Counted from the stretch's first letter, positions 22,079 to 34,003 are shown. The stretch is DNA of 64,000 nucleotides from an uncultured Actinomycetota bacterium (GCA_963775655.1 CAVZJT010000007.1:680230-744229), one strand, 5' to 3'. The notes: a model not told the origin generated them from the letters alone. A program made the numbers and translations.

Positions 22079-22873
22079 GTGGCGAAGAAGCCCGCCCGGC
22101 GGCCGATGATCGCCGGCAACTGGAAGATGAACCTCACCCACCTCGAGGCGATCGCGCTGGTGCAGAAGATCGCCTTCAGCCTGACCGAGGAGGTGTTCAC
22201 CGACGTCGAGGTCGTGGTGCTGCCGCCCTTCATCGGGCTGCGCAGCGTGCAGACCCTCGTCGACGGTGACAAGTTGCTGCTCGAGTACGGCGCCCAGGAC
22301 CTGTCGCCGCACGCTGCCGGGGCCTACACCGGGGACATCAGCGGACCGATGCTCGCGAAGCTCGGCTGCTCCTACGTCGTCGCCGGCCACTCCGAGCGCC
22401 GTCAGTACCACCACGAGGACGACGCCCTGGTCAACGCGAAGGTGCGCGCCGCCTTCAGCCACGGGCTGACCCCGATCCTGTGCGTCGGCGAAGGCCTCGA
22501 CGTGCGCGAGGACGGCCGGCACGTCGAGCACTGTTGCACCCAGCTGCGCAACGCGCTCCAGGAGGTGCCGGCCGCGCAGGCGCGGGAGATCGTCCTCGCC
22601 TACGAGCCGGTCTGGGCGATCGGCACCGGCAAGGTCGCCACCCCGGAGGATGCGCAGCAGGTCTGCGGCGAGCTGCGCACCACCCTCGCCGACCTCTACA
22701 CCGGCGACCTCGCTGACGGCGTCCGGGTCCTCTACGGCGGATCGGTGAAGGCCGACAACTCGGCCGCGATCGTGGCGCAGCCCGACATCGACGGTGCCCT
22801 CGTCGGCGGGGCGAGTCTCGACGGCGAGGAGTTCGCGGGCATCTGTCGCCGCGCCGCCGAGGCGGTCGGGTAA
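22079..22873 (+). CDS. tpiA: triose-phosphate isomerase
   Basis: 264 aa. [25 protein letters not shown]. Confidence 0.96.
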   Translation: MAKKPARRPMIAGNWKMNLTHLEAIALVQKIAFSLTEEVFTDVEVVVLPPFIGLRSVQTLVDGDKLLLEYGAQDLSPHAAGAYTGDISGPMLAKLGCSYVVAGHSERRQYHHEDDALVNAKVRAAFSHGLTPILCVGEGLDVREDGRHVEHCCTQLRNALQEVPAAQAREIVLAYEPVWAIGTGKVATPEDAQQVCGELRTTLADLYTGDLADGVRVLYGGSVKADNSAAIVAQPDIDGALVGGASLDGEEFAGICRRAAEAVG

Positions 22874-22928
22874 CCTCGAGCTACGCGGAGAACCTCCCGG
22901 ATCGACCGAGAAAGGCCACGCAGCGTCG

Positions 22929-23156
22929 ATGATCCTTGCACTGTCCGTCGTGTTGATCATCACCAGCCTCGGCATGGTGGTGCTGGTGCTGCTGCACCGC
23001 GGCAAGGGCGGCGGGCTGTCCTCGATGTTCGGCGGCGGGATGTCGTCGTCGCTGTCGGGCTCCTCGGTCGTGGAGAAGAACCTGGACCGGCTGACCGTCG
23101 TGCTCGGACTGGTCTGGGCCGTCTGCATCGTCCTGCTGGGCCTGCTGTACAAATGA
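22929..23156 (+). CDS. secG: preprotein translocase subunit SecG
   Basis: ATG at 22929 (M46 of the track ORF). 75 aa, two TM spans, GKGGGLSSMFGGG motif. Confidence 0.9.
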   Translation: MILALSVVLIITSLGMVVLVLLHRGKGGGLSSMFGGGMSSSLSGSSVVEKNLDRLTVVLGLVWAVCIVLLGLLYK

Positions 23157-23300
23157 CCCCTGCGAAACTGCCCAGCGCCATAGGGCGCTCGACAATTGAC
23201 CGGACGGTCAACGGCTGCCGGCATGTCGCGGCGCGCAAGTCGGCACTAGACTGAGCAGCCGGGGGTCCGTTCCATCCGTCGTACGAAGGAGAGCCACACC

Positions 23301-23645
23301 GTGGCAGGTGGTAACGCGATCCGAGGCAGCCGCGTCGGAGCCGGGCCTATGGGCGAGGCGGAGCGCGGCGAGTCGGCACCCCGTCAGCGAATTTCGTTCT
23401 GGTGCGCGAACGGGCACGAGACGCTTCCGTCGTTCGCCGAGGAGGCCGCGATCCCGGACACCTGGGACTGTCCCCGGTGCGGGTTGCCGGCCGGCCAGAC
23501 GAAGGACACACCGCCCGCGGTGCCGCGCAACGAGCCGTACAAGACCCACCTCGCCTACGTGCGGGAGCGGCGCAGTGACGCCGACGGCGCGGCCATCCTC
23601 GACGAGGCACTTGCCCGGTTGCGCAACCAGCGCTCGGGCGGCTGA
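23301..23645 (+). CDS. rbpA: RNA polymerase-binding protein RbpA
   Basis: 114 aa. RQRISFWCANGHETLPSFAEEAAIPDTWDCPRCGLPAG...YKTHLAYVRERRSDADG. Confidence 0.92.
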   Translation: MAGGNAIRGSRVGAGPMGEAERGESAPRQRISFWCANGHETLPSFAEEAAIPDTWDCPRCGLPAGQTKDTPPAVPRNEPYKTHLAYVRERRSDADGAAILDEALARLRNQRSGG

Positions 23646-23676
23646 CCGCACCCTCTCTCATCGGGTGACGAGGGAA

Positions 23677-23693
23677 CACCTCTGTGTGAGGTG
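23677..23693 (+). terminator. short hairpin after rbpA (CACCTC-TGTGT-GAGGTG)
   Basis: 6-bp stem with a 5-nt loop, 32 nt after the rbpA stop. A second 5-bp stem is at 23651-23674. No U-tract. Confidence 0.25.
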
Positions 23694-23823
23694 ACCCCAA
23701 CCGGGCGATCAATGGTCCCGCCGAGTAGCGGACCGGTGCGCCGCCACTGTGCCCAAGTAACCCCGAACCGCCGGTAGGAGAGGCGGCCGGCTGCCACGAT
23801 CGGCGGCCAAGGGGGGTTGGTCG

Positions 23824-24267
23824 ATGCATACCGATCGCTTTGGCATTTCCGTCGCGGCGGACCAGACGACGGTCTGGCGCGCCCTGACCGACCCATGCCG
23901 GACGCCGGCGTTCTTCTTCGGCCTGCGCATCGACTCCACCTGGGAACCGGGTGCGGCCGTCACGTTCACCGGTCCCGGACCCGACGTCCTCGTCGGCAGC
24001 GTGCTCGTCTGCGACCCGCCGCGCCGGCTCAGTTACGGCGTCGGCGGCCCGCTCGGCTGCGACGACGACGCGATCGGCGACGACAGCCTGAGCTGGCTGT
24101 CCTGGGAGCTCGAGCCGGCCGGCTGCGGCCTGACCCGGGTGACGCTGCTGCACGACGAGATGGGCCCGGCCGGGCCCGACGCCGACCGCGTGTGGAACCG
24201 GCTGCTCGGCAATCTCGAGACCTACCTCGACAGCGATCGCCCGATCGTGCGCCGGACCCCCGCCTGA
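23824..24267 (+). CDS. SRPBCC-superfamily (Aha1/START-like) protein
   Basis: 147 aa. Length and pattern (VWRALTDP...; SWLSWELEP...GLTRVTLLH) resemble the Aha1-like SRPBCC family. Assignment is from memory only. Confidence 0.55.
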   Translation: MHTDRFGISVAADQTTVWRALTDPCRTPAFFFGLRIDSTWEPGAAVTFTGPGPDVLVGSVLVCDPPRRLSYGVGGPLGCDDDAIGDDSLSWLSWELEPAGCGLTRVTLLHDEMGPAGPDADRVWNRLLGNLETYLDSDRPIVRRTPA

Positions 24268-24298
24268 CCACACCGCCCATCGGAAGGAACCGCTCCTC

Positions 24299-25741
24299 AT
24301 GACCTCTTCTGCGCGCCCCGCCCGCGACGGCGCCGGTTCCGGCGACGGAACGGCGACCCACGCCCGACCGGTCGACTACACGAGCCTGGCCTCCCGGCTC
24401 GAGTGTGACGTCATCACCGCGCAGGATCCGCGCTGGGACGACGCCCGCACGGGGTGGATCCTCAACGCCGACCAGCGGCCCGCCGCCGTCGTGCCCGTTC
24501 AGGGCGCGTCCGACATCGCCGCCGTGGTTCGCTTCGCCCGCACCAACGGGTTCCGGGTCGCCGCGCAGGGCACCGGGCACAGCGCGACGACGCTCGCCCC
24601 CAATCTCGATCAGACCATCCTCGTCCGCACCGGCGCGCTCGACGGCGTGACCGTCGACCCGGTCGCGTGCACCGCCCGGGCCGAGGCCGGCGTGGTGTGG
24701 TCGCAGGTCAGCGAACTCGCCGCGGAGCACGGTCTGGCCGCACTGGCCGGCTCGTCGCCCGACGTCGGCGTGACCGGCTACACCCTCGGGGGCGGGCTCA
24801 GCTGGCTGGGCCGCAAGTACGGGCTGGCCACCAACTCGGTGGTCGCCGCCGAGGTGGTCACCGGCGACGGGCAGGTTCTGCGGGTCGACGCCGACCACCA
24901 CCCGGAGTTGTTCTGGGCCATCCGGGGCGGCGGCGGCAGCATGGCCATCGTCACGGCGCTGGAGTTCCGGCTCTACCCGGTCGCCGAGGTCTACGCCGGG
25001 ACGATGTTCTGGCCGATGGAGCGGGCTCGCGAGGTCCTCGGCGCGTGGCGGGCGTGGACGCAGGACGCGCCGGAGGAGGTCACCTCGTGCGGCCGGCTGT
25101 TGAGCCTGCCGCCGCTTCCGGTGATCCCGGAGCCGCTCCGCGGCGGAAACTTCGCCGTGATCGAGGTCGCCTTCCTCGGCGACAGCCACGACGGCGAGGA
25201 GCTGATCGCGCCGCTGCGCGCCCTGCGACCCGTGATGGACACCGCGACCACGATTCCGGCGGCCGAGCTCGCGAAGATGCACATGGACCCGGAGTTCCCG
25301 GTGCCCGCCGTCGGAGACGGCTTCCAGCTCCGCGAGTTCCCGCCGGAGGCGCTCGATGCCCTTCTCGCGGTCGCCGGGCCCGGGACCGATTCGCCGCTGC
25401 TGTCGGTGGAGCTCCGCCACGTGGGCGGGGCGCTCGGCCGGGCGCCGCGCGACGCCGGAGCGCTCGCGACCATGCCCGGGGCCTACGCCGGGTTCGCGGT
25501 GGCTCTCACGATGGACCGTGCGGCCGAGCAGGCCGCTCTCACGCGGATCCGCGCCATCCAGGATGCCATCGCGCCGTGGCACTCCGAGCTCAGCTACGCC
25601 AACTTCGCCGAGCACCCCGACCATCCGGCGGCGTTCTTCTCCGCCGACGACGAGGCGCGTCTCGCCCGGGCCAAGACGAGGTACGACGAGGCCTCGACGC
25701 TGGTTTCCGGCCACCCGGTGCGCACGACCCGGACCGCCTAG
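24299..25741 (+). CDS. FAD-binding oxidoreductase (FAD_binding_4 / BBE-like)
   Basis: 480 aa. PAAVVPVQGASDIAAVVRFARTNGFRVAAQGTGHS...GVTGYTLGGGLSWLGRKYGLA. Confidence 0.85.
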   Translation: MTSSARPARDGAGSGDGTATHARPVDYTSLASRLECDVITAQDPRWDDARTGWILNADQRPAAVVPVQGASDIAAVVRFARTNGFRVAAQGTGHSATTLAPNLDQTILVRTGALDGVTVDPVACTARAEAGVVWSQVSELAAEHGLAALAGSSPDVGVTGYTLGGGLSWLGRKYGLATNSVVAAEVVTGDGQVLRVDADHHPELFWAIRGGGGSMAIVTALEFRLYPVAEVYAGTMFWPMERAREVLGAWRAWTQDAPEEVTSCGRLLSLPPLPVIPEPLRGGNFAVIEVAFLGDSHDGEELIAPLRALRPVMDTATTIPAAELAKMHMDPEFPVPAVGDGFQLREFPPEALDALLAVAGPGTDSPLLSVELRHVGGALGRAPRDAGALATMPGAYAGFAVALTMDRAAEQAALTRIRAIQDAIAPWHSELSYANFAEHPDHPAAFFSADDEARLARAKTRYDEASTLVSGHPVRTTRTA

Positions 25742-25761
25742 CCGGCCGGTCGACGCGCCGG

Positions 25762-26541
25762 TCAGGCGAGCGGCAGCCGGACCACCGACGCCGGGAGCCG
25801 GCTCGCGGCCGCCCGGTCGAGCAGCCACAGGGTGCGGACCCGCGCCCGGACCCCGGCCGCCGGGACCTGCAGCGGGCCGGCGCCGCCGAGGGCCATCGCC
25901 ACGGCGGCGGCCTTCTCCTCGCCGGTGGTGGCCAGCCACGCCTCGGTGGCGGTGTTGATCGCCCGCAGCGTGAGGGTGAGCCGGATCGGCGGTGGCTTGG
26001 GCGAACCGTGCACGGCGACGACCGAGCGCTCGTCGTACGCCGCCGGTGACTCCGGGAAGATCGACGCGGTGTGGCCCTCTTCGCCGACGCCGAGCATGAG
26101 GACGTCGAAGTGCGGTACGTCGCCGTGGTCCTCCGGCCGGGCGGCGGCGGCCAGCTCGCGGGCGTAGGCCGCGGCGGCCGCCTCGGGGTCGTTGCCCCAC
26201 GGTCCGTCCGACGCGGGGAACGGGTGCACTCGCTCGGCGGAGAGCGGAATCGAGTCCAGCAGGGCTTCGCGGGCCTGCCGGTCGTTGCGCTCGGGATCGG
26301 CGGCCGGCACGAAGCGTTCGTCGCCCCACCACACATCGACCCGCGGCCAGTCCACCGCGTCGCGGGCCGGATTGGTGCGCAGCTCGGTGAGCACCGCCGT
26401 ACCGAGGCGGCCGCCGGTGAGCACGACCGACGCGCTGCCCCGGGCGGCCTGGGCGTCGACCAGCCGGGTGACGACCCGGGCCGCGATCGCCTTGGCCAGC
26501 AGGTCGGCGTCGCGGTGGACGACGACCTCCGGGCTGCTCAC
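25762..26541 (-). CDS. pgl: 6-phosphogluconolactonase
   Basis: GTG at 26541 (V76 of the track ORF). VVLTGGRLG...VWWGDERFVP...FDVLMLGVGEEGHTASIFP. Confidence 0.9.
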   Translation of the reverse strand: MSSPEVVVHRDADLLAKAIAARVVTRLVDAQAARGSASVVLTGGRLGTAVLTELRTNPARDAVDWPRVDVWWGDERFVPAADPERNDRQAREALLDSIPLSAERVHPFPASDGPWGNDPEAAAAAYARELAAAARPEDHGDVPHFDVLMLGVGEEGHTASIFPESPAAYDERSVVAVHGSPKPPPIRLTLTLRAINTATEAWLATTGEEKAAAVAMALGGAGPLQVPAAGVRARVRTLWLLDRAAASRLPASVVRLPLA

Positions 26542-26566
26542 CGGCCTTCCCGGCCGGACCGCGCGG

Positions 26567-27562
26567 TCACGGGCCGGTGGCCGGTGCCGGCTCGGGGGAC
26601 TCCGCCGGGTCGCGCCACACGTGGGTACGCAGCGCCGGCCGATCGCCCAGGCCGACCGAGCCGGTCGCCGCGCCGAGCGCGTCGGCGTAGATCTCATCAG
26701 CGTCGAGGCGGTGCAACTCCTCGGCGAGCAGTTCCCCGATGCCGCGGTCGGCCAGGGACACGACACTTCCCTCGGCCCCGCGTTCCCGGCGCAGCAGTCC
26801 GCGCCCGTCCTGGCCGCGGTGCATGGTCATCTGCTCGCCGTCGGCCAGGTCGATGGCCACCTCGGTGACTCCGGGGCCGCCGTCGGCGGTGAGCGGCACC
26901 GCCGTTCCGATCCGGCTGCCGAGCCAGCCGGCGAGCAGGGCGGAACTGGGATCGGTCGGCTCGCCCAGGACGCTGGCGCCGGTGAGCCGGTGGTTGCAGG
27001 AGTCGACCGCCGAGGCGAGCTGGCCGCGCCACGGGGTGATCCGGGTCCAGCCCAGGTCGGTGTCGCCGGGCGCGTAGTCGGCGGCGCGGCGCCGCAGGGC
27101 GGCGATCGGGTCGACGGCCCGCGACGAGTCGGTGATGCGCCGGTCGGCCAGTACGCCGAGCGGGTCGTGGGCGATGAGGTCAGGAGGCGGGGCGTGCCAC
27201 CAGGTGACGACCGGGACGTCGGGGGCGAGCAGCGGCAGCGCCACGGATTCGGCGTGCAGCGCCAGGCGGCCGTACATGCGCATGACCACGGCCTCACCGG
27301 GCCCCAGCCGGCCGCCCATCAGCACCTCGGCGTCGAGCCGCGGGACCGGCGCGTCGATCTCGCGCCGGACGACCACCAGCAACCGGCACGGATGGTGCGA
27401 CGCCGCGGTGGTGGCGGCGGCCTCGGCCTCGGCGACGTCGCGCTCACCGACGACGACGATCAGCGTGAGCGCGCAGCCGGAGGTCATGGCGCCGCCGGTG
27501 CGTCGTTCGGCGGCGAGCGCCTTGACGACCTGGGTGCCGGTGGTGTCCCAAAGTGTGGTCAT
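26567..27562 (-). CDS. opcA: glucose-6-phosphate dehydrogenase assembly protein OpcA
   Basis: ATG at 27562 (M24 of the track ORF). MTTLWDTTGTQVVKALAAER...HPCRLLVV...VVTWWHAPPPD. Confidence 0.9.
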   Translation of the reverse strand: MTTLWDTTGTQVVKALAAERRTGGAMTSGCALTLIVVVGERDVAEAEAAATTAASHHPCRLLVVVRREIDAPVPRLDAEVLMGGRLGPGEAVVMRMYGRLALHAESVALPLLAPDVPVVTWWHAPPPDLIAHDPLGVLADRRITDSSRAVDPIAALRRRAADYAPGDTDLGWTRITPWRGQLASAVDSCNHRLTGASVLGEPTDPSSALLAGWLGSRIGTAVPLTADGGPGVTEVAIDLADGEQMTMHRGQDGRGLLRRERGAEGSVVSLADRGIGELLAEELHRLDADEIYADALGAATGSVGLGDRPALRTHVWRDPAESPEPAPATGP

Positions 27563-27596
27563 CGCCGATTCCCTGGTCGCGGCGCGGGTGTGCGCG

Positions 27597-29132
27597 TCAT
27601 GGTCGTCTCCACTGCCGTCCGTCGCCGGCAAGCATGTCGTCGGCCTCCCGCGGTCCCCACTCGCCGGCCCGGTAGGGCGCCGGCGGATGCTCCCGCCAGA
27701 AGGCCTCGAGCGGGTCGATCGCCCGCCAGGACTCCTCGACCTCGTCGTTGCGCGGGAAGAGTGTGGCGTCGCCGAGGAGGACGTCGAGCACGAGCCGCTC
27801 GTAGGCCTCCGGGCTGGACTCGGTGAACGCCTCGCCGTAGAGGAAGTCCATGGCGACGTCGCGGACCTCCATCGTGCTGCCCGGCACCTTCGAGCCGAAC
27901 TTCATCGTCACGCCCTCGTCGGGCTGCACCCGCACGACGAGCTGGTTGTGGCCCAGCTCCTCGGTGTCGGTGGCGTCGAAGGGCAGGTGCGGCGCCCGGC
28001 GGAAGGACAGCGCGATCTCGGTCACCCGCCGCGGCAGGCGCTTCCCGGTGCGCAGGTAGAACGGGACGCCGGCCCAGCGCCGGGTCTCGACGCCGAACCG
28101 GACCGCGGCGTAGGTCTCGGTCGTCGAGTCCGGGGGGACGTCCTTCTCCTGCCGGTAGCCGACCGCGCGTTCGCCGGCCAGCCAGCCCTGGTCGTACTGG
28201 CCGCGTACGGCGTAGCGCTCCATGTCCGTGGGCAGGCTCACCGCGCGCAGCACCTTGAGCTTCTCGGTGCGGATCGCGTCGGCGGAGAACTCGACCGGCT
28301 CCTCCATCGCCGTCAGGGCCAGCAGCTGGAAGAGGTGGTTCTGCATGACGTCGCGCGCCGCACCGGTCTTGTCGTAGAACGCGGCGCGGGTGCCGATCCC
28401 GACGTCCTCGGCCATGGTGATCTGCACGGAGTCGACGTAGTTGGAGTTCCACACCGGCTCGAAGAGCATGTTGGCGAACCGCAGGGCCAGCAGATTCTGG
28501 ACGGTTTCCTTGCCGAGGTAGTGGTCGATCCGGAAGACGTCCTTGGCGGTGAAGACCTCGTCGACCAGCCGGTTGAGCTCACGGGCGCTGGTCAGATCGT
28601 GGCCGAACGGCTTCTCCACCACGACCCGGCGCCAGCCGCCGGACCGCTTGTTGTCCGAGAGGCCGGTGCGTTCCATCTGCTTGAGCACCGTGGGGAACAT
28701 CGCCGGGGGGATCGACAGGTAGAACGCCGCGTTGCCCTGGATGCCGTGCGACTCGCTGAGGTCGCGCAACGTCTGCGCCAGCAGGTCGAACGCGTCGTCG
28801 TCGTCGAAGGACCCGGAGACGAACTTGATGTTCCCGTAGAGCCGGTTCCACGTTTCTTCCTGCCACGGTGTGCGCGAGTGCTGCTTGGCGGCGTTCTTCG
28901 CCAGCTGCTCGAAGTCGCCGTGGTCCCAGTCGCGGCGGGCGAAACCCAGCAGCACGAAGTCGGTAGGGAGCAGCCCGCGGTTGGCGAGGTCGTAGACGGC
29001 CGGCATCAGCTTGTTGCGCGCCAGGTCTCCGGTGACGCCGAAGACGACCAGAGCGCACGGCTCCGGGACCCGGGGGAGCCGGCGGTCCCGCGTGTCGCGC
29101 AGCGGGTTGTCCGGTCGTTCGGTGACGGTCAT
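27597..29132 (-). CDS. zwf: glucose-6-phosphate dehydrogenase
   Basis: ATG at 29132. An alternative GTG at 29144 forms a GTGA overlap with the pgi stop. VVFGVTGDLARNKLMPAVYDL and RIDHYLGKE motifs. Confidence 0.95.
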   Translation of the reverse strand: MTVTERPDNPLRDTRDRRLPRVPEPCALVVFGVTGDLARNKLMPAVYDLANRGLLPTDFVLLGFARRDWDHGDFEQLAKNAAKQHSRTPWQEETWNRLYGNIKFVSGSFDDDDAFDLLAQTLRDLSESHGIQGNAAFYLSIPPAMFPTVLKQMERTGLSDNKRSGGWRRVVVEKPFGHDLTSARELNRLVDEVFTAKDVFRIDHYLGKETVQNLLALRFANMLFEPVWNSNYVDSVQITMAEDVGIGTRAAFYDKTGAARDVMQNHLFQLLALTAMEEPVEFSADAIRTEKLKVLRAVSLPTDMERYAVRGQYDQGWLAGERAVGYRQEKDVPPDSTTETYAAVRFGVETRRWAGVPFYLRTGKRLPRRVTEIALSFRRAPHLPFDATDTEELGHNQLVVRVQPDEGVTMKFGSKVPGSTMEVRDVAMDFLYGEAFTESSPEAYERLVLDVLLGDATLFPRNDEVEESWRAIDPLEAFWREHPPAPYRAGEWGPREADDMLAGDGRQWRRP

Positions 29133-29140
29133 TGCCTCAC

Positions 29141-30730
29141 TCACGCGATGGCCTCCATGAGCTGGCCCAGACCGGCCCGACGGTCGGTCAGATGCAGTCG
29201 TACGAGGGGACGTCCGCGGCCGACCAGCGCTTCGCGGTCGCCGGCGACCTGCGCGGCCTGTAGCTGGCCGAAAGTGTAGGGCTCGCCGGGTATGTCGAGG
29301 TCGTCGCGGACCGCGCCGGTGATCTGCAGGAAGACCCCGACCTGCGGGCCGCCCTTGTGGTACTGCCCGGTCGAGTGCAGAAAGCGCGGTCCCCACCCGA
29401 AGGTGACCGGGTGCGGGGTGGTCCGCGCGAGGATCGCCCGGGTGTTGGCGGCCGACGCGTCGGCCAGCCGGTCGAGGTAGGCCATGACGGCGAGATAACC
29501 GCGGTCCGGCACCGCGGCGAGCAGCCGGTGGATCACGCCACGGACGTCGTGGGTGCCCTCGACGAGCGAGTCGTCGGCGTAGACCTCGATCGCGCCGTGG
29601 GTCGCGGCCGGCTTCGTCGGCGGGATCCCGTCGGCCAGGATCCGCTTCGTGTTGTCCTTGGATTCGGTGACGTTGGGCTGGTCGAACGGGTTGATCCCGA
29701 TCACCCCGCCGGCGAACGCGGTGGCGTATTCCCAGACGAGGAACTGAGCGCCGAGCGGACCGCTGATCGCGACCCGGGGCCCGGTGGCCTGTCCGACCGC
29801 GACGGGGAGGAGGTCCGGCCCGGTGGCGCCGGCGGCGTCGACGGACTCGACGACGACGGGCAGTACGCCGCGGCCGTTCTTGCCGGTGGACTCGGCAATC
29901 AGCTGCTCGGCCCAGTCGCCGAGCCCCACCGCGTCCGAGGTCGGCGTGGGGGCGATGGACACCTTGTCGCGGCCGGCGGCGTAGCCCGCGCCGATCGCGG
30001 CACCGAGGTCGAGGCCCGGGTTGTTCTCGCCGGCGGCCAACGAGGGGGAAACCGCCGCGGCGTCGTCGAGCAGACCCGTGACATCGGCGCCGGCGAGCGC
30101 CGACGGGACCAGGCCGAAGGCGGTCAGCGCGCTGTACCGCCCGCCGACGTCGGGGTCGGCCAGGAAGACCTCGCGGAAGCCGTTGTCCTTGGCCAGCCGT
30201 TCCAGCGGCGAGCCCGCGTCGGTGACCGCGACGAAGCGCCGGCCGACCTCCTCCGCGGACAGGCCGGCTCGGGCGAAGGCGTCGGCGAAGGCCCGCCGGT
30301 GGCTGTCGGTCTCGACCGTGCCGCCGGATTTCGACGACACCACCAGGAGGGTGCGGTCGAGATCAGTGAGCGCCGCCCGGATCTGTCCGGGGTCGGTGGT
30401 GTCGAGGACGACGAGGTCGACGCCCGCGGTGCGGGTGATCACCTCCGGCGCCAGCGACGACCCGCCCATCCCGGCCAGCACGATCCGGTCGATTCCCTCG
30501 GCCTCGAGGTCGGCCCGCAGGGCCGCCAGCCGGGGAAGCAGCTCCCGGGACGACTCGTGCAGCGTCAGCCAGCCGAGCCGGATGGCCGCCTCGGACCGGG
30601 CGTCGGCGCCCCACAGGTCGGGGTCGCCGGCGGCGAGTTTCGCGGGGACGTCGGCGGCGATCGCCTCCGCGGCGACGGTTGCCGCCGCCTCGGCGAAACC
30701 GTCGAGGTCGACCTGCACCGGTGCGCTCAC
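29141..30730 (-). CDS. pgi: glucose-6-phosphate isomerase
   Basis: GTG at 30730 (V241 of the 769-aa track ORF) forms a GTGA overlap with the tal stop. SIS-type motifs [13 protein letters not shown] and [12 protein letters not shown]. Confidence 0.85.
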   Translation of the reverse strand: MSAPVQVDLDGFAEAAATVAAEAIAADVPAKLAAGDPDLWGADARSEAAIRLGWLTLHESSRELLPRLAALRADLEAEGIDRIVLAGMGGSSLAPEVITRTAGVDLVVLDTTDPGQIRAALTDLDRTLLVVSSKSGGTVETDSHRRAFADAFARAGLSAEEVGRRFVAVTDAGSPLERLAKDNGFREVFLADPDVGGRYSALTAFGLVPSALAGADVTGLLDDAAAVSPSLAAGENNPGLDLGAAIGAGYAAGRDKVSIAPTPTSDAVGLGDWAEQLIAESTGKNGRGVLPVVVESVDAAGATGPDLLPVAVGQATGPRVAISGPLGAQFLVWEYATAFAGGVIGINPFDQPNVTESKDNTKRILADGIPPTKPAATHGAIEVYADDSLVEGTHDVRGVIHRLLAAVPDRGYLAVMAYLDRLADASAANTRAILARTTPHPVTFGWGPRFLHSTGQYHKGGPQVGVFLQITGAVRDDLDIPGEPYTFGQLQAAQVAGDREALVGRGRPLVRLHLTDRRAGLGQLMEAIA

Positions 30731-31833
30731 CGGGCCGCCCTCAGCTGGCCGGCCAGGGTGTCGAGCAGACCCTTCCACGAGTCGTCGAACTTCTTCACGC
30801 CCTCCTCCTCGAGCACCTTGACCACATCGTCGTAGTCGATGCCGATCGCCGCGAGTGCGTCGAGCTCGGCCTTCGACTGGTCGTACGTGCCGTGCACCGT
30901 GTCGCCCCGCAGCTTGCCGTGGTCCTCGACGGCCTGCAGGGTCGCCTCGGGCATCGTGTTCACCACGTCGGGAGCGACCAGCTCGACGACGTAGCGGGTG
31001 TCGTCGTAGCTCGGGTCCTTGACGCCGGTCGACGCCCACAGCGGCCGCTGGGTCTTCGCGCCGGCCGCCGCCAGCGCCTTCCAACGGTCCGAGGCGAGCA
31101 TCCGCTCGAAGTGCTGGTAGGCGAGCCGGGCGTTGGCGATCGCCGCCGTGCCCCGCAGCTTCTTCGCCTCGTCGCTGCCGAGCTTGTCGAGCCGGGAGTC
31201 GACCTCGGTGTCCACCCGGGACACGAAGAACGAGGCGACGGACGCCATCGACGAGATGTCGTGGCCGGCGGCCTTGGCCTGCTCCATGCCGTCGAGGAAG
31301 GCGTCCATGACCTCGTCGTACCGGGCCAGCGAGAAGATCAAGGTCACGTTGACGCTGATGCCCTGCGCCAGCGTCTGGGTGATCGCGGGGATGCCTTCGC
31401 GCGTGGCCGGGATCTTGATGAAGAGGTTGGGCCGGTCGACCGCCCACCACAGCGCCTTGGCTTCGGCCGCCGTCGCATCGGCGTCGTGCGCGATGCGTGG
31501 GTCGACCTCGATCGACACCCGGCCGTCGCGGCCGTCGCTGGCGTCGTACGCCGGGCGGAGTACGTCGCAGGCCCAGCGGACGTCGTAAGCGGTGATCGCG
31601 CGGGACGCTTCCTCCACCTCGATCCCGCGGAGCGCGAGATCCTTCACCTGCTCGTTGTAGGCGTCACCCTTCTCCAGGGCCTTGGCGAAGATCGTCGGGT
31701 TGGTGGTGACGCCGACGACGTGCTTGTCCTTCGACAACGCGGCCAGGTTGCCGGTCGTCAGTCGCTCACGCGACAGGTCGTCGAGCCAGATCGCTACGCC
31801 TTCGGCGGAGAGATCGGCGAGAGAGTCGCTCAT
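30727..31833 (-). CDS. tal: transaldolase
   Basis: ATG at 31833 (M65 of the track ORF) after [15 protein letters not shown] and FIKIPAT motifs. Confidence 0.95.
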   Translation of the reverse strand: MSDSLADLSAEGVAIWLDDLSRERLTTGNLAALSKDKHVVGVTTNPTIFAKALEKGDAYNEQVKDLALRGIEVEEASRAITAYDVRWACDVLRPAYDASDGRDGRVSIEVDPRIAHDADATAAEAKALWWAVDRPNLFIKIPATREGIPAITQTLAQGISVNVTLIFSLARYDEVMDAFLDGMEQAKAAGHDISSMASVASFFVSRVDTEVDSRLDKLGSDEAKKLRGTAAIANARLAYQHFERMLASDRWKALAAAGAKTQRPLWASTGVKDPSYDDTRYVVELVAPDVVNTMPEATLQAVEDHGKLRGDTVHGTYDQSKAELDALAAIGIDYDDVVKVLEEEGVKKFDDSWKGLLDTLAGQLRAAR

Positions 31834-31867
31834 GGGTGCCTCCCGTTGCGGGTGGTAATGGCAGCGG

Positions 31868-34003
31868 TCAGCTGCCGGTGGTCGTTCCGGTGATGGCGCC
31901 GACCTTCTCGAGGCTGGCGTGTGCGGCCGCGACGACCCGGTCCGGGGTGAAGCCGAACTGTTCGAACAGCGCCGTATATGCCGCGCTGGCGCCGAAATGC
32001 TCCAGGCTGACGATCTCGCCGGCATCTCCGACGAAGTCCCGCCACCCCTGCGCCACGGCGGCCTCGATGCTTACCCGTGCCTTGACGCCGGGCGGTAGCA
32101 CCTGCTGCTGATACGCCGGCGGCTGCTCACGGAACCACTCGACGCACGGCATGGAGACCACACGAGTGGCAACGCCCTCTGCCTCCAGCCTCTTCCGGGC
32201 CTCGACCGCCAGGCCGACCTCGGACCCGGTCGCGATCAAGATCACCTGCGCGGTGCCGTGCCCGGCCTCGGCGAGCACGTAACCGCCCTGCGCGGTGCCC
32301 TCCGCGGAGGCGTAGGTCTCGCGGTCGAAGACCGGGATGTTCTGCCGGGTCAGGCACAGGCCGGCCGGTCGGTCGGTGTGCTCCAGCACGGTGCGCCAGG
32401 CCACGCTCGTCTCGTTGGCGTCGCCGGGCCGGACCACGTCCAGCCCGGGAATCGCCCGCAGCGCCGCGAGCTGCTCCACCGGCTGGTGGGTAGGCCCGTC
32501 CTCGCCGAGGCCGATCGAGTCGTGCGTCCACACGTAGGTGACCGGCAGTTGCATCAGCGCGGCGAGCCGCACCGCCGGGCGCATGTAGTCACTGAAGACG
32601 AGGAACGTGCCGCCGTAGGGCCGGGTGCCGCCGTGCAGCACGATCCCGTTGAGGATGGAGCCCATGGAGTGCTCGCGGATGCCGAAGTGCAGCGTGCGGC
32701 CGTAGGGGCCGCCCGGAAACTCCTTGGTCTGGTGTTCGGACGGGACGAACGACGGCTCGCCCTTCATCGTGGTGTTGTTGGACTCGGCCAGATCCGCCGA
32801 GCCGCCCCAGATCTCGGGCACCGGGATGAGGGAGTCGAGCACCGCGTTGGACGCCTTGCGGGTGGCGACCCCCTTCTCGTCGGGCGGGAAGGTAGGCAGC
32901 AGGTCGGCCCAGCCCTCGGGCAGCGTCCGGGTGGCCATCCGGTCGAAGAGCGCGCGGCGGTCGGGGTTGGCCTTGGCCCACTCGTCGAACTTCGGCTGCC
33001 ACTCGGCGTGCGCGGCCCGCCCGCGGTCGACGACCTTGCGGGCGTGGGTCAGCACCTCCGGGTCGACGTCGAAGGACTTCTCCGGGTCGTAGCCCATCAC
33101 CTTCTTGGTGGCGGCCACTTCGTCGGCGCCGAGCGCCGACCCGTGCGCCTTTCCGGTGTTCTGCTTGTTGGGTGCCGGCCACGCGATGATCGTCCGGAGT
33201 TTGATGATCGACGGGCGGCTGGTCTCGCGCCGGGCGGCGGCGTAGGCGCGTTCGAGGGCTGCGATGTTCTCCACGTAGGCGCCGTCGTCGAGCAGGAAGT
33301 CGACGTGCTGGGTGTGCCAACCGTAGGCGGCGTAACGACGCAGGACGTCCTCGCTGAACGCGATGTTGGTGTCGTCCTCGATGGAGATGTGGTTGTCGTC
33401 GTAGAGCAGCGTGAGGTTGCCGAGTTGCTGGTGGCCGGCGAGTGAGCTGGCCTCTCCGGACACGCCCTCCTCGAGGTCACCGTCGGAGGCGATGCAGTAG
33501 ATGTGGTGGTCGAACGGGCTCTCGCCGGGCGCCGCGTCCGGGTCGAACAGCCCGCGCTCACGCCGGGCGGCTATCGCCATGCCCACGGCGTTGCCCACAC
33601 CCTGGCCCAGCGGACCGGTCGTGGTCTCGACGCCCACGGTGTGCCCGTGCTCGGGGTGGCCCGGCGTCAGCGAGCCCCAGGTGCGCAGGGACTTGAGATC
33701 GTCCAGTTCGAGCCCGTAGCCGGACAGGTAGAGCTGGATGTAGAGCGTCAGGCTCGAGTGCCCGGCAGAGAGCACGAACCGGTCCCGGCCGGTCCACGAC
33801 GCGTCCGTCGGGTCGTGGCGCATGATCTTCTGGAACAGCAGGTACGCGGCGGGCGCCAGGCTCATGGCGGTGCCCGGATGGCCGTTGCCCGCCTTCTGCA
33901 CGGCATCCATCGCGAGGAGCCGGATCGTGTCGATGGCCTTGCGGTCGATGTCGTCCCAGTCGCGGGGAAGGATGGTCTCGTGCTTGTCGGATTTCGTGGC
34001 CAC
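31868..34003 (-). CDS. tkt: transketolase
   Basis: 711 aa. [21 protein letters not shown], and a ThDP-binding region. Confidence 0.97.
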   Translation of the reverse strand: MATKSDKHETILPRDWDDIDRKAIDTIRLLAMDAVQKAGNGHPGTAMSLAPAAYLLFQKIMRHDPTDASWTGRDRFVLSAGHSSLTLYIQLYLSGYGLELDDLKSLRTWGSLTPGHPEHGHTVGVETTTGPLGQGVGNAVGMAIAARRERGLFDPDAAPGESPFDHHIYCIASDGDLEEGVSGEASSLAGHQQLGNLTLLYDDNHISIEDDTNIAFSEDVLRRYAAYGWHTQHVDFLLDDGAYVENIAALERAYAAARRETSRPSIIKLRTIIAWPAPNKQNTGKAHGSALGADEVAATKKVMGYDPEKSFDVDPEVLTHARKVVDRGRAAHAEWQPKFDEWAKANPDRRALFDRMATRTLPEGWADLLPTFPPDEKGVATRKASNAVLDSLIPVPEIWGGSADLAESNNTTMKGEPSFVPSEHQTKEFPGGPYGRTLHFGIREHSMGSILNGIVLHGGTRPYGGTFLVFSDYMRPAVRLAALMQLPVTYVWTHDSIGLGEDGPTHQPVEQLAALRAIPGLDVVRPGDANETSVAWRTVLEHTDRPAGLCLTRQNIPVFDRETYASAEGTAQGGYVLAEAGHGTAQVILIATGSEVGLAVEARKRLEAEGVATRVVSMPCVEWFREQPPAYQQQVLPPGVKARVSIEAAVAQGWRDFVGDAGEIVSLEHFGASAAYTALFEQFGFTPDRVVAAAHASLEKVGAITGTTTGS